From Octopus vulgaris (lineage: Eukaryota), in the NCBI GenBank assembly GCA_951406725.2, contig OX597817.1:123008001-123072000 (forward strand): a DNA stretch of 64,000 nt, in the 5' to 3' direction. The position numbers and the translations under genes were made by a program. The notes below the pieces were generated by a model. The model worked only from the letters and a program-made list of their open reading frames with translations. It searched no databases and had not been told where the DNA came from. Positions 52,100-64,000 of this stretch are shown in pieces (the first letter of the stretch is position 1; the number at the start of each line of letters is the position of its first letter).

Positions 52100-52745
52100 A
52101 TCGGTGGCACATAAAAACACCATCCGAAGACTAGTCAGGCCATAACCCGTGGCCCCTACCTGGGACGTAGTCAGTCCACCTGTGCATACCTTCCTTCTTG
52201 TGACACTTGTGAAGACCTGTTGAGGCAAGTGAAAATCAAATCAAATCAAAACAAATCAAAATAGATGAACATCAATGGAATTTGTATCTTTGTGGACCAG
52301 TGCCGGTGGCACACAAGAAAATCATCCGAACGTGGCCGTAGCCAGTACCGCATAGACTGGCCTCCGTGCTTTGGGGACGTAACAAACACCATCCGATCGT
52401 GGCCGTCCGCCAGCCTCATCTGGCACCTGTGTCGGTGGCACATAAAAACACCATCCGAGCGTGGCCGTCTGCCAGCCTCGTTTGGCACCTGTGTCGGTGG
52501 CACATAAAAACACCATCCGAGCGTGGCCGTTCGCCAGCCTCGTCTGGCACCTGTGTCGGTGGCACATAAAATCACCCACTACACTCTCGGAGTGGTTGGC
52601 GTTAGGAAGGGCATCCAGCTGTAGAAACACTGCCAGATCTGACTGGCCTGGTGCAGCCTTCGGGCTCCCCAGACCCCAGTTGAACCGTCCAACCCATGCT
52701 AGCATGGAAAACGGACGCTAAATGATGATGATGATGATGATGATA
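52100..52745 (+). mobile_element. RTE 3'-UTR element with internal ~60-bp tandem repeats and (GAT)n tail
   Basis: About four units of gtcggtggcacataaaaacaccatccgagcgtggccgt..gccagcctcg.ctggcacctgt, then ggaagggcatccagctgtagaaac...aacccatgctagcatggaaaacggacg and (ATG)n. Confidence 0.85.
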
Positions 52746-52796
52746 TACATATACATATATATGCATGTATATACATACATACATATATATACATAT

Positions 52797-52862
<66 letters not shown>

Positions 52863-53385
52863 ATGCATATATATGAGTATGTATGTATTGTTTAGTAAAA
52901 TGGGAAGTTCATTTCATTCATAGATTTTATCACAAGCATAATTGGCTTAAAAAAAGGAAAGGATATTTGCGGGAAAATGGAAATTAGGCCATGGATTAAT
53001 CTGAAATCTAAAAACACTGAATGCTAAAAATAGTATACAGTCAGATTTAATTTAAATTTACACAAATTACTATGTTGTTAAAAATCAGAATTAACAATTG
53101 CGGTGCGTGTTGTTTTTTTAAAACTTCCACCAACCAATAAAGACATTCAATTTTTAGAGAATACCTAGTTATTTCTTAATTAAATGGATTCATTTTATTG
53201 TTTTACTTGCTGGATTTGATTGCATGAATTTCCAGGATAAATTCAGTTTGAGTGCATGTGTGTGTTCGGAAACAAGTTTTGATATCTAAAAATAATAATT
53301 TCATTGGCTTCGGTTTTCATTAGTTTCAATTACTATCAAAAATGAATTATTTAAAAATTCTTTTTCTTCCCTAAAATAGGAAATA

Positions 53386-53419
<34 letters not shown>

Positions 53420-53607
53420 CATACATACATACATACATACACACATACATACATACATACATACATACATACTTACATACATGTATATATGTATGTAGCT
53501 ATACAGATCCCTCTCTCTCTTTTCTCTTTCTCTTTCCCTCCCCTCTCCCTCCCTCCCTATCTATCTATCTATCTATATATATATATATATACACACAGAC
53601 ACACACA

Positions 53608-53651
<44 letters not shown>

Positions 53652-54625
53652 CATATACATATATATAAATATATATGTATATATATATAAATATTTACTA
53701 TAAATATATACATATTAAAATAAATAATTAAAGTGAATTTCAAATTCAAATTAAATTAGAACTATTGCATTTCAATATTTTATAAACAATTTCATGCACA
53801 AGAATATGCACTAAAACTAACACTAATTATTCCTGTTTGTTATTGCTGTTATTGTTGTTGTATTAGCTGAGATATTTTGTTTTTCTTTTCTTTCTTATAA
53901 AGCAATGCTTCTTGTTGAATAAATTTCGTTTAATCATAATATTATTGGTTTTTTTACATATTTGCTCCTGAAGGTATGAATTTAAAAATACATCCAAATA
54001 TGAATTGGATACAGAAAAATGTCTGTTTTATTTTAAAAAATCATTATTTTCATATTTTTGTACATCTAGGCCAATGCTTTTGTGGATATCTAAGTTAGTA
54101 TTGACATATTTAAGGTAAGAAGTATCATAAAGCAAAGTAGAACAAATATGTACACTAAAGAAATTTAGAAATAAAGATGCTTGCCTTGGATTATATGGGA
54201 GACAACTTTGGGCATGTTTTGGTCTATCAAACATCCTCAGTGAGGAATTTCAAACTTGTTACAACTACCAGATAGTTGTAGAAGAATATGTGGATGGCAC
54301 AAGATATATTACCGCTTTAGTGCAAACATGCATGGTCTATGAAGAAATTTGTTAAGGCGCCATATCTATCTGGATTTAATCTACTTACACAACATATTAA
54401 GCAAATGTCTAACATAGCCCCTCAGCTTGATGAAAAGTTGCTAGGGAAATGTGGAACACTAAAATTGTACAGAAGCCTAGCTGGTTATATAAACACATGT
54501 GCACACACACACATACATATAGATAGATAGGTATATACATACATACACACATACATACATAGAGCTACACATACACACACACACATATATATATACACAT
54601 ATGTACAAGTATGTATATATATATA

Positions 54626-54756
54626 CAGGGTGTCCCAAAAAAATGTATACACATAGTGGTTCGGCAAAAGAGAACGATAGAATAAGTACTAGGCTTACAA
54701 AGAATGACAAATTTACAATTATTTAAGATGTGTATACATTTTTTTGGGACACCCTG
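54626..54756. mobile_element. Tc1/mariner MITE with perfect 29-bp TIRs
   Basis: TA-cagggtgtcccaaaaaaatgtatacacat ... atgtgtatacatttttttgggacaccctg-TA. Confidence 0.92.
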
Positions 54757-54798
<42 letters not shown>

Positions 54799-56324
54799 AG
54801 TGTGTGTGCGCATGTATAAATGAAGATGATTTGCCAAATAAACTGCATTTCATGTTTGAAGCTCCATTGAAACTATTGGCTGACACCCAAGCATGCAACT
54901 ATGAGCTCGCGGCACCTTAACACAGGAACTACAGTAAGCTAATGAAGTTTGTAACATTATTTATTCCCTTTGTCATCGCAATTTCTCATATATATATATA
55001 TATATATATACATCTCGGAGTGGTTGGCATTAGGAAATGCATCCAGCTGTAGAAACTCTGCCAGATGAAGATTGGAGCCTCGTGCAGCCATCTGGTTTGC
55101 TAGCCTTCAGTCAAATCGTCCAACCCATGCTAGCAACGAAAGTGGACATTAAACGATGATGATGATATATAAATGTAAGGAGAGAGAGTGGGTGAGAGCA
55201 AAATAATCTCAGTATAGACAGCACAGAATAGTGTGCAAATGAATGTTTATTTAAATTCCAGCTTCTTCATCCAGGACAAGACCACTGCTTTGAATTTGGT
55301 TTAAGAGCAATAAAAATCATGTTATGATAGTGGTGGTAAGGTAGATAAACACAGCTAGGTATTAGACATGTTTACATGGAGCACAAAGTATAGATCATAA
55401 AACAAAGAAAAAATTTATATAAAACAACGTAATAACAGCTGTTTCAAGAGGCCATACTTTACACAATAACTTTATTCATAGATGATATTTGCATGATGTC
55501 ATTGGTGAACAACCAGTGACAAATACAGAGGAAATTGCTAAAGTAAGTTAAGCTTCTATTTCTAAGAGAAGATTGGCAAATGTAATTTATTTAGTAGCAT
55601 TTACAAATATAAGAGTTTAAATGGAAACAAGAAGAGAAATTGGAGGAAGTGAATGGAAATAGTGAAAGAACAGTAGTAATTAAGAGAGAAGACTGTTGTA
55701 TATAAATATATGTGTGCGTTTGTGTGTGTATGTGTGCGTACATGTGTGTGTGGTGGGGGTGCGTTTTTGTGTTATGTCTGTCTCACACTGCTTGACAACA
55801 AGTATTGGTTTGTTTACATCCTTGTAACTTAGCAGTTCAGCAAAATTACTTGAATAAACACCAGAATTTAAAACATAAGTATTTAGAATGCTTTGTTCAA
55901 CAAAAGTCCTTCAAACATGGTCAAGTTCAGATGAAAAATTAACAAATGAAATATAAAGATTTAAATAATGTAAAATAACGATACAACATATCATAAGCAT
56001 TTCAAAACATTCTATTTTTTCAAATTTCACAATTCAATAAATGAAGTTAATAAAATTCTAAAGCATAATTTTATTCACTGCTATTTTGGATAGAGTTAAT
56101 TAGCAAAAGTATTTTTGAAATATTCTGTGTGTTCATTTGAAAAATTAGTGTCATGTCAGACCATAAATAATCTACTCTATAGTTTCATTCTGGTGTTAGT
56201 GAAACTGGCTCATTCTGTAAGCTGTAACAATGTACTTTGTTGAAAGAAATGGGAACGCTGCTTAAGTGGTGATCTATGAGTGTTTTCTTAATATGTTAGA
56301 TTCGATGTCACCTTGTTAGAATAA

Positions 56325-56364
<40 letters not shown>

Positions 56365-56756
56365 TTGCTGATGATGATGTTGATGATGATGATGATGATG
56401 ATGATGACAATGATGACGACAATGATGACGATGATGACGACAATGAGGACGATGACGACAATGACGATGATGATGATAATGATGATGATGATGATGATGA
56501 TGATGATTATGATGATGAGTATCATCATTATCATTATTGTTGTTATCGTCATTATTGTCATTATCGTCATTACTGTCATTGTTGTTGTTGTCGTCATTAT
56601 CATCATCATAATCATTGTCGGCATGATGATGATGATCCTCATCATCATCATCACTGGCGTCATTATTACCATCATCTTCATCATCATTGTCGGCGTCATG
56701 ATCATGATCATCATCTTCCTCTTCATCATCATTGTCATCATCATCATCATCATCAT
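56325..56756. repeat. (GAT)n followed by (CAT)n degenerate trinucleotide repeat
   Basis: Polarity switches at ~56520. Confidence 0.92.
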
Positions 56757-58199
56757 TTAATATCTCATCTTCTATGCAGGATAGGTTGACAGGACCCAGT
56801 GATTTGGAGACTGCATCTGGCACCAATGCCTGTTATTTTGGCCTGGGTTCTATGGTTGCTTGTCCTTTCTAATGCCTACCACTTTACAGAACATATTAAA
56901 TGCTCTTTCCATAGCACCAGTACTTGTTAGGTTATCATGTAATGCATAAGGCTACAACATTAAAATATCCTTTTGACTGAATAAGAGTAAGTCAATAGAA
57001 AAGTGGCTTTATGCTGAAAAGCTTGAATATAATATAAGGGACAGGAACAGGTTTCTTTCCCTAGAAAATATATATGACTATAGATTTCTTGTATTATATA
57101 AGGATAGGAAGGAGAAACTGTAATGGAACTAAGGAGATAGATAAAGATGGTGGTGATGAGGTGTGCCTTGAAGGTCAAGAAGGTGACTAGAATAGAGAGG
57201 GGATAGATCAAGATAGGGGTCGGCAGACAGTACAAGACTGTGTTGCTTGGTACCTTGCTGTATTCAAGATGACCCATACTCCACAGTGGAAGTGTTAAGG
57301 TCGGTCCCCTTGGTGAAGGGGATTGGCCTGCAATAGTTCTGTACCAGTGCCACATAAAAGGCATTCATGCGGGTGCCATGTAAAAGCACCCAGCACACTC
57401 TGTAAAGTGGTTGGCATTAGAAAAGGGTTCCAGGTGTAGAAGCAATACCAGATCAGACTGGGGCAAGGTGCAGCTCTCCAGCTTGCCAGTTCTGGTCACA
57501 CCATCCAACCCATGCAAGGATAAACAACAGATGTTAAATAATGATAATGATCATGATGTTGATGAAGCTGGGAGACTGAGAGTTAGTTAAAGACAGGGTA
57601 TGATAGGGGTGAATGTAGTGAACAGTGTACAAGTGTAAAGGGTTGATCAATCGTAAATGAGAATCAGAAGGAAGGTAGGAGAGAGGAAGCGGTGACTGGC
57701 AACATAGACAGTGTTAAGAGCTGCAAAGAAAACAAAATAATATTATAGTAGAAAGAGGGAGAACGAGAGAAAGAGAGATGATCAGTGGATGGGTGGGTGA
57801 CTGGTAGGTAGGCAGGTAGGTAGGTTGGTTGCAAAGTTAATAATAAAAATAGTAACAGTGAAAATCCATTTCTTTCAAAAATATCAAATTTTGAAGCAGA
57901 TTTAGACTTTAAACTATTAGAAAATCACGTAACCACTACAAATAATTTTTCAGTAATGTTAATTTGCTTGTTGGCAAATTTTGTGATTCAAACAAACTGA
58001 ATGAAAAAGTAAAAAAAAATAAATAATATAGTAATAATTCAAGGGTAAAAAATAAATACCAAAATTATTTGCTTTGATCTTTAAATTCGAAAAGTGTTAA
58101 GATAAATCTATTAAATTCTGTAATGATACCACTTGGAAAATTTAAAGTAGGTTTTTCTAGAACCAAACACTAATAATAACACTTTCTTATTTATCTAGA

Positions 58200-58236
58200 A
58201 TAATGATTTATAGCAATAATAATAACGATGATGATG

Positions 58237-58273
<37 letters not shown>

Positions 58274-58390
58274 TGATGATGATAATAATAATAATAAAAA
58301 TGATGATGATGAGGATGATGAAAATTTTTGTTTTTGTTGCTGTTATTATTATTATCATTATTATTATCATTATTATTATCATTATTGTTA
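58200..58390. repeat. (AAT/GAT)n then (ATT/ATC)n trinucleotide repeat
   Basis: Read directly. Confidence 0.9.
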
Positions 58391-58565
58391 AAACTTCTAA
58401 AAATGATTATGTCTTACAATGCAAGAAAAATAATTTTTATTTGTTATCACCCCAGGTCAAATAAGAGAGAAGACGTGAAGTATCAAAACGTAAAATAATT
58501 ATAATACATTTTGTGTCTGTGTGTGAGTGTGTATATGCGTATGTATATATATGTATGTATGTATG

Positions 58566-58596
<31 letters not shown>

Positions 58597-58634
58597 GTAT
58601 ATATATATATATTTGTCTTGTGATTATCTATCAA

Positions 58635-59378
58635 TGGTCATCATTATTATTTAACATCCACATTCCATACTTCAATAAATGGACGTTTTGACAGGATCTG
58701 AGGGGTCCAAAGACTGCATCATGTTCTAATGTGTCTGCTTTTGGTTGGTTTGTGTGGTTGGATCTCAAACACTTTACAGCATATTCTTTGTGCTTTCTTT
58801 ATGATACTTGCATTGATGGGATTATTTGCTGCTCGCAAAACGGAGATCCACTATAACTGAGTGGCACTACAGAAGAGAGGGAAGTGGCTCCTTGCTATAG
58901 GATAATGGGTGGTTAAAGTATAAGAGAATGTGCCAGGATAGAATGTTTCTGGCTGTAGAGGAACAACATGGTTATATATATTTTATAGAAGATAGGACCG
59001 TATGTATATATATGTATGTATGTATGTATATATATATGGTGGAGATGGTCATCATTATTTAACAACATTCCATACTTCAATAAATGGACGTTTTGACAGG
59101 ATCTGAGGGGTCCAAAGACTGCACATGTTGTAATGTGTCTGCTTTTGGAGTGTGGTTGGATCAAACACTTTACAGTTAGCTTTCTTTATGATACTTGCAT
59201 TGATGGGATTATTTGCTGCTAAAAACGGAGATCCACTATAACTGAGTGGCACTACAGTAGAGAGGGAAGTGGCTCTTTGCTAAAGGATAATCGGTTAAAG
59301 TATAAGAGAATGTGCCAGGATAGAATGTTTCTGGATGTAGAGGAACAACATGGTTATATATATTACAGAAGATAGGAC
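58635..59378. repeat. Local tandem duplication (~350-bp diverged copies)
   Basis: 58635-58997 and 59046-59378 share cattccatacttcaataaatggacgttttgacaggatctgaggggtccaaagactgca...ggttaaagtataagagaatgtgccaggatagaatgtttctgg..gaagataggac. Confidence 0.9.
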
Positions 59379-59552
59379 ATGAATGGCTAGGGTGGAGATG
59401 GCCAGAAAAGTAGTAATGATGAGACATGTGTATGGTGTTGGAGGAGGGATATTTTGGTGAGTTAGGGGTTGTTCAATATAAAGTGTGATTTGTGGGGACA
59501 ATATTATTAATGGACAACAAATGAAAAATTCTGGGATTATGAAGGATAAATG

Positions 59553-59821
59553 ATAATAAATCTCTGAACGAGATGTAAACAGTAACCGCTCGATAATGTA
59601 AAGTATACTAGCCATCTCAATATGGCTAACCACTAAGGATGGGTGTTACTGTAGCTTTTAGCTCCAGGAGATCATCGTCTCCAGCTGGCTTTAGGCACAC
59701 TATCTGTGCCCTTATGGTATTTGACCTCCCTTTGCAAATACCATAAGAGCACAGATAGTGTGCCTAAAGCCAGCTGGAGACGATGATCGCCTGGGGCTTA
59801 AAGCTACAGTAACACCCACCC
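59553..59821. mobile_element. Fold-back insertion: ~87-bp-arm palindrome plus one-sided tail, flanked by a 13-bp direct repeat
   Basis: 59637-59723 vs 59735-59821 are near-perfect reverse complements (11-nt loop); tgaaggataaatg at 59540-59552 and 59822-59834. Confidence 0.82.
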
Positions 59822-60806
59822 TGAAGGATAAATGGTATCAGAGAAAAGTTGGTGAAGTATGCAGTTCAGCTTAGCTTTAATTACAGCAGAATAATGTAAT
59901 TAAAGGGACGATGGGCTGTAGGAATGTCTTGAGAAGAAAACCAGGCAAGGGATCCAGTTGCACACATAGTATCTCTGGGATCTCTGTTTTGCTGAGATAG
60001 ATAGGTCTTTCCAAGGATTGCTTATGCCCAGTTAAACTGGTTTTTCCTCATCTCCTTGTGAGGTTCAATGTCTTGAGATCAGCCTTCACCAACTTGTGCA
60101 TGTCTTCCTGCTTCACTCTCTTCCACACACTCCTTTTATAAAATGATCCCTAACAACTGTCCTCATCTATACCGACCTCATATACATACCAGCTACATAC
60201 TCATAACCCCGTGGCTAAAAATAACTCTACAGCCACTGACCTTAGCCCGAACAGATGCAAGCAGTTACTACTAGATTTACTCCCCAACACTGATAGACTT
60301 TAAGACTACCACAGACTCCTACTGCTCTCTTTAAATTCCTTTCATTTTCCTCTGTTTCTTTTACCCTCTCTTCCTCTACTTCCTCATGCTTTCTTTTATC
60401 TTCTCAGCTACCTTGTACACAATTCTTAGACATCATACACCTATACACCTTACTTTATCCTGTAGCCAATCCTTAAATTCCTACCCATCACTCTACCTCT
60501 CTTTCTATTTATTTTCTTTCCTTCTACCACTTAATAGCCACCTCTGCTACCATTCTATTATTGAAAGTTTAAATGTTCACATCTTTTTTCTCTGGATGTC
60601 TACTACATCAAGATGTTAACCCACGTGGATCTACACAGGATTGCACCTAAATGCTTTTGTTTTTATAACTTCCGAAAATGGAACTATGAACTTTTATTCT
60701 TCCTTTTTCTTATTTCTTTCCATCTCCTTATTCTTTTACTCCCTTACTCTATGTTGTCATCACATTAATATATACCACTCTCATTTTCTTTATTTTTTCC
60801 TATTTT

Positions 60807-60843
60807 TCTCTAGTGACGGAATATCCCAGAAACAGCTGTAAGA
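60807..60843 (+). ncRNA. Degenerate PLE-type hammerhead remnant
   Basis: tct-ctagtga-cggaatatccca-GAAAC-agct-GTA-aga; same 3' half as 9304-9318, but the core is scrambled. Confidence 0.4.
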
Positions 60844-61321
60844 TCAGAATTCTTTCCAATAATAATATTGTACATGACTTGAGATGTTTGCCTTGCCTTG
60901 CTGTTTGTTGTCGTCTTCAACAATTATACATACATATATGTAAATATATGCATATATGTACACACATACATACATACATACATACATATACATACATATA
61001 TACATATACATATATACATGTATATACATACATATATACATACATATATACATATATAAATAAATATGCAAATATACATATATATATACATATGTATATA
61101 TATATAAACACACACACACATATATATATACACACATATATATACATATAAATATACATATATTTATACACACATATATATATGTATACATACATATATG
61201 CATACATATATACATATATATGTATACATACATACATATACATACATACAGATATATGTATACATATCTATCTAGCTATCCATCTATCTATCAAGCTATC
61301 TACCTATCTCTCTCTCTCTCC

Positions 61322-61363
<42 letters not shown>

Positions 61364-61509
61364 CATACGTACATATATAAATATACATACATACATATAT
61401 ATATATGTGTGTGTGTATATATATATATACAGACATACATGCATGTTTAATATATATACAAATATATATATGTATACATATATATACAAATATATATATG
61501 TATACATAC

Positions 61510-61557
<48 letters not shown>

Positions 61558-61560
<3 letters not shown>

Positions 61561-61960
61561 AGGTCTGATCAATAATTGCCCGGACTGTTACTATAGTAAC
61601 GAAGTTACAGCATGCAGAGTGAAGATGCTTGCACAGATTGACCTTCAACTCTGTTGTGCAAGCACACTAAGTTTTAATGCTATAGCTCACTTCCGCTGTT
61701 TACAGCAGTGCTTCGAAGAAAGGTGTGCAGTATGTGATCATGTTATTGACCATGACAGAGAAAGATGTCATGATGATACCTACTCAGAGGCCTATGTGAA
61801 ACTGCAGAAAGTGTATGGAGAGGAGTGTATGAGCTACACAGAAGTGTATGAGTGATTCAGACGTTTCCAAGATGGCTGAAAAAATGTCGATATTGACAAA
61901 TGTCCTGGGAGAAATCATTGAATCACCACCTGTGAGTTATCAGAGGATGTGCAGCTCTGT
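61558..61960 (+). mobile_element. Mariner transposon 5' remnant (TIR and N-terminal HTH)
   Basis: TIR-like gaggtctgatcaataattgcccggact after (TA)n; translation TYSEAYVKLQKVYGEECMSYTEVYE*FRRFQDG*KNVDIDKCPGR resembles the mariner N-terminal HTH. Confidence 0.8.
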
Positions 61961-62174
61961 TTTAATTTAAATTAAATTGTATGTATTTGTGCAGCTAAGG
62001 ATCGCTCTACATTTAAACTGATGTAATGATTTAATTGTTAAATTAAATGGAGTTGCATGAAACGATCGTACTGCATTACCTCTGGATATCCTTGTTGCTT
62101 ATTTTGATATATATACATTTACAATATATATATATATATATATATATATGTATTTATACTTCTATATATATATA

Positions 62175-62235
<61 letters not shown>

Positions 62236-62373
62236 ATATACATATATATATATAAACATATATATATATACATACACATACATACATATACATATATACA
62301 TATCTCTACATATATATATATACACACATATATACTTATATATATATTTATATACTTATATATACATATATGT

Positions 62374-62418
<45 letters not shown>

Positions 62419-62533
62419 AATATGTATATATATGCATATGTATACATGCATACATATATATATATGTGTGTGTGTGTGTGTGTATATATATATTGTCGAA
62501 ACTTCAAAGTCACTAACAATAATCTTGTTTAAG

Positions 62534-62569
<36 letters not shown>

Positions 62570-63406
62570 TACTATATTTGCGTATATATTCATGCATATG
62601 TGTATGTGTTCACATGTTCATATATATATATGTGCGTGTGTGTGTAGACAGATAGATAGATATAAAGAGACAGAAAATATTATTATTATTTCAAAGTTAG
62701 ACTGCTGTGAAAATGACATAGCAAATGAATGTAAAGCTTATCAAATTAGTATTGAGCTTTATGAATTTCCTCTTTGATTGATATGAACTCCTGCTGTTTT
62801 GCATGCACTGTCTACAACCTTTGCATGATTATGTCTCATAGGTATCAGAATTTATCTATCATTTCACGTAATTAACTTGTTGTAGGTTAAAGTTCAACAA
62901 AAGGTTTGCATGTATATAACTAATAATCTTGTAAGAGAATCTCATGCACTTAAAGTGATAACTCTTTATCACATTGCTAGAAAAATCTTGCAAATTCTTA
63001 CAAAGAAAGAATATAGCCTAAAGCTAGAAATATAAGGAATTATTTCAGTTTGTTCTTTCAACTCCTTTCATTTTGAGAGTTTAATGTCAGGATGATAATC
63101 TGTCTATATATCTGTTCTGTATTGTAGCATAGAGGTAAGCTCTTAAGAAGATTATTGCTATGCTATATCTATTATCTTTTACTGGTTTCAGTACCAATTT
63201 GGAGAATTTTAGTTGAATGAAACCACCACAGTAGTTATTATTTTTCATAAAGCCTGGTTCTTATTCTGTTAGTCACCTTTGCTGAAATGCTAAGTTTTTG
63301 AGCACGTAAAGACACCAACACTGGTTGTCAAATGGAGGTGGGGACAAACACACACATACACACATACATATGCATACACACAGAATGGGATTCTTTCAAG
63401 TTCCTT

Positions 63407-63821
63407 ATCTCTTTATTGCCTACTAGGGGCTAAACATAGAGGAGACAAACAAGGACAGACAAAGGAACTAAGTCGATTACATCGACCCCAGTGAGTAACT
63501 GGTACTTAATTTATCGACCCTGAAAGGATGAAAGGCAAAGTCGACCTCGACGGAATTTGAACTCAGAACGTAATGGCAGACAAAATACCTATTTCTTTAC
63601 TACCCACAAGGGGCTAAACACAGAGAGGACAAACAAGGACAGACAAACGTATTAAGTCGATTATATCGACCCCAGTGCGTAACTGGTACTTATTTAATCG
63701 ACCCTGAAATGATGAAAGGCAAAGTCGACCTCAGCGGAATTTGAACTCAGAACATAGCGGCAGATGAAATACCTCTAAGCATCTCGCCCCGCATGCTAAC
63801 ATTTCTGCCAGCTTGCCGCCT
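63407..63821 (-). mobile_element. Dimeric SINE (family of 12245-12846) nested in an older SINE (63175-63950)
   Basis: Two units with the junction ..aaatacctatttctttactacccacaagggg also seen at 12621-12651; the host SINE resumes with tttcagtttc at ~63821. Confidence 0.85.
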
Positions 63822-64000
63822 TTCAGTTTCTGTCTTCCTAATCTACTAACAGGGTTTTGGTCAACTCAACACTATAATATAGTGGAAGACACTTACCCAA
63901 GGTGTAAGTGGGACTGACTCCAGAACCATGTGGCTAGGAAGGAAACTTCTTGAAATATGGCTTTGGTTCCCAGATGCTGAGACATGTAGTTTATTTTCCT

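Noticed and set aside
56308-56826. Asp/His-rich 172-aa ORF
   Set aside because: Translation of the (GAT)n/(CAT)n repeat, starting within a decayed repeat element.
63128-63134. Possible 7-nt microexon (tgtag|catagag|gtaagc)
   Set aside because: Splice-like motifs alone are common by chance; not frame-preserving and no supporting context.

Overview
AT-rich, microsatellite-saturated eukaryotic DNA that looks intergenic or deep intronic. No host protein-coding gene can be supported; nearly all ORFs in the supplied track are (TA)n/(CA)n/(TACA)n or trinucleotide artefacts. The repeat content (tRNA-headed SINEs resembling the octopus OK/OR families, RTE tails, extreme (TA)n density) suggests an octopod cephalopod genome (inference). 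The main feature is a young Penelope-like retroelement (PLE) cluster at 39.4-44.3 kb: an RT (YVDD) + Cys-rich linker + GIY-YIG ORF with Naiad-like architecture, inverted pseudo-LTRs, a ~1.9-kb near-perfect palindrome and four copies of a variant hammerhead-like motif. Several smaller fold-back elements, some with hammerhead remnants, repeat this 'inverted repeat + one-sided tail' design across the window. Also present: a ~238-bp satellite (>=26 units, 100-N gap) with a trimeric higher-order pattern; RTE, Rex3/Expander-like, Tx1-like and HERO-like LINE remnants; a deleted DD41D Tc1/mariner element; mariner MITEs; and dimeric SINEs.
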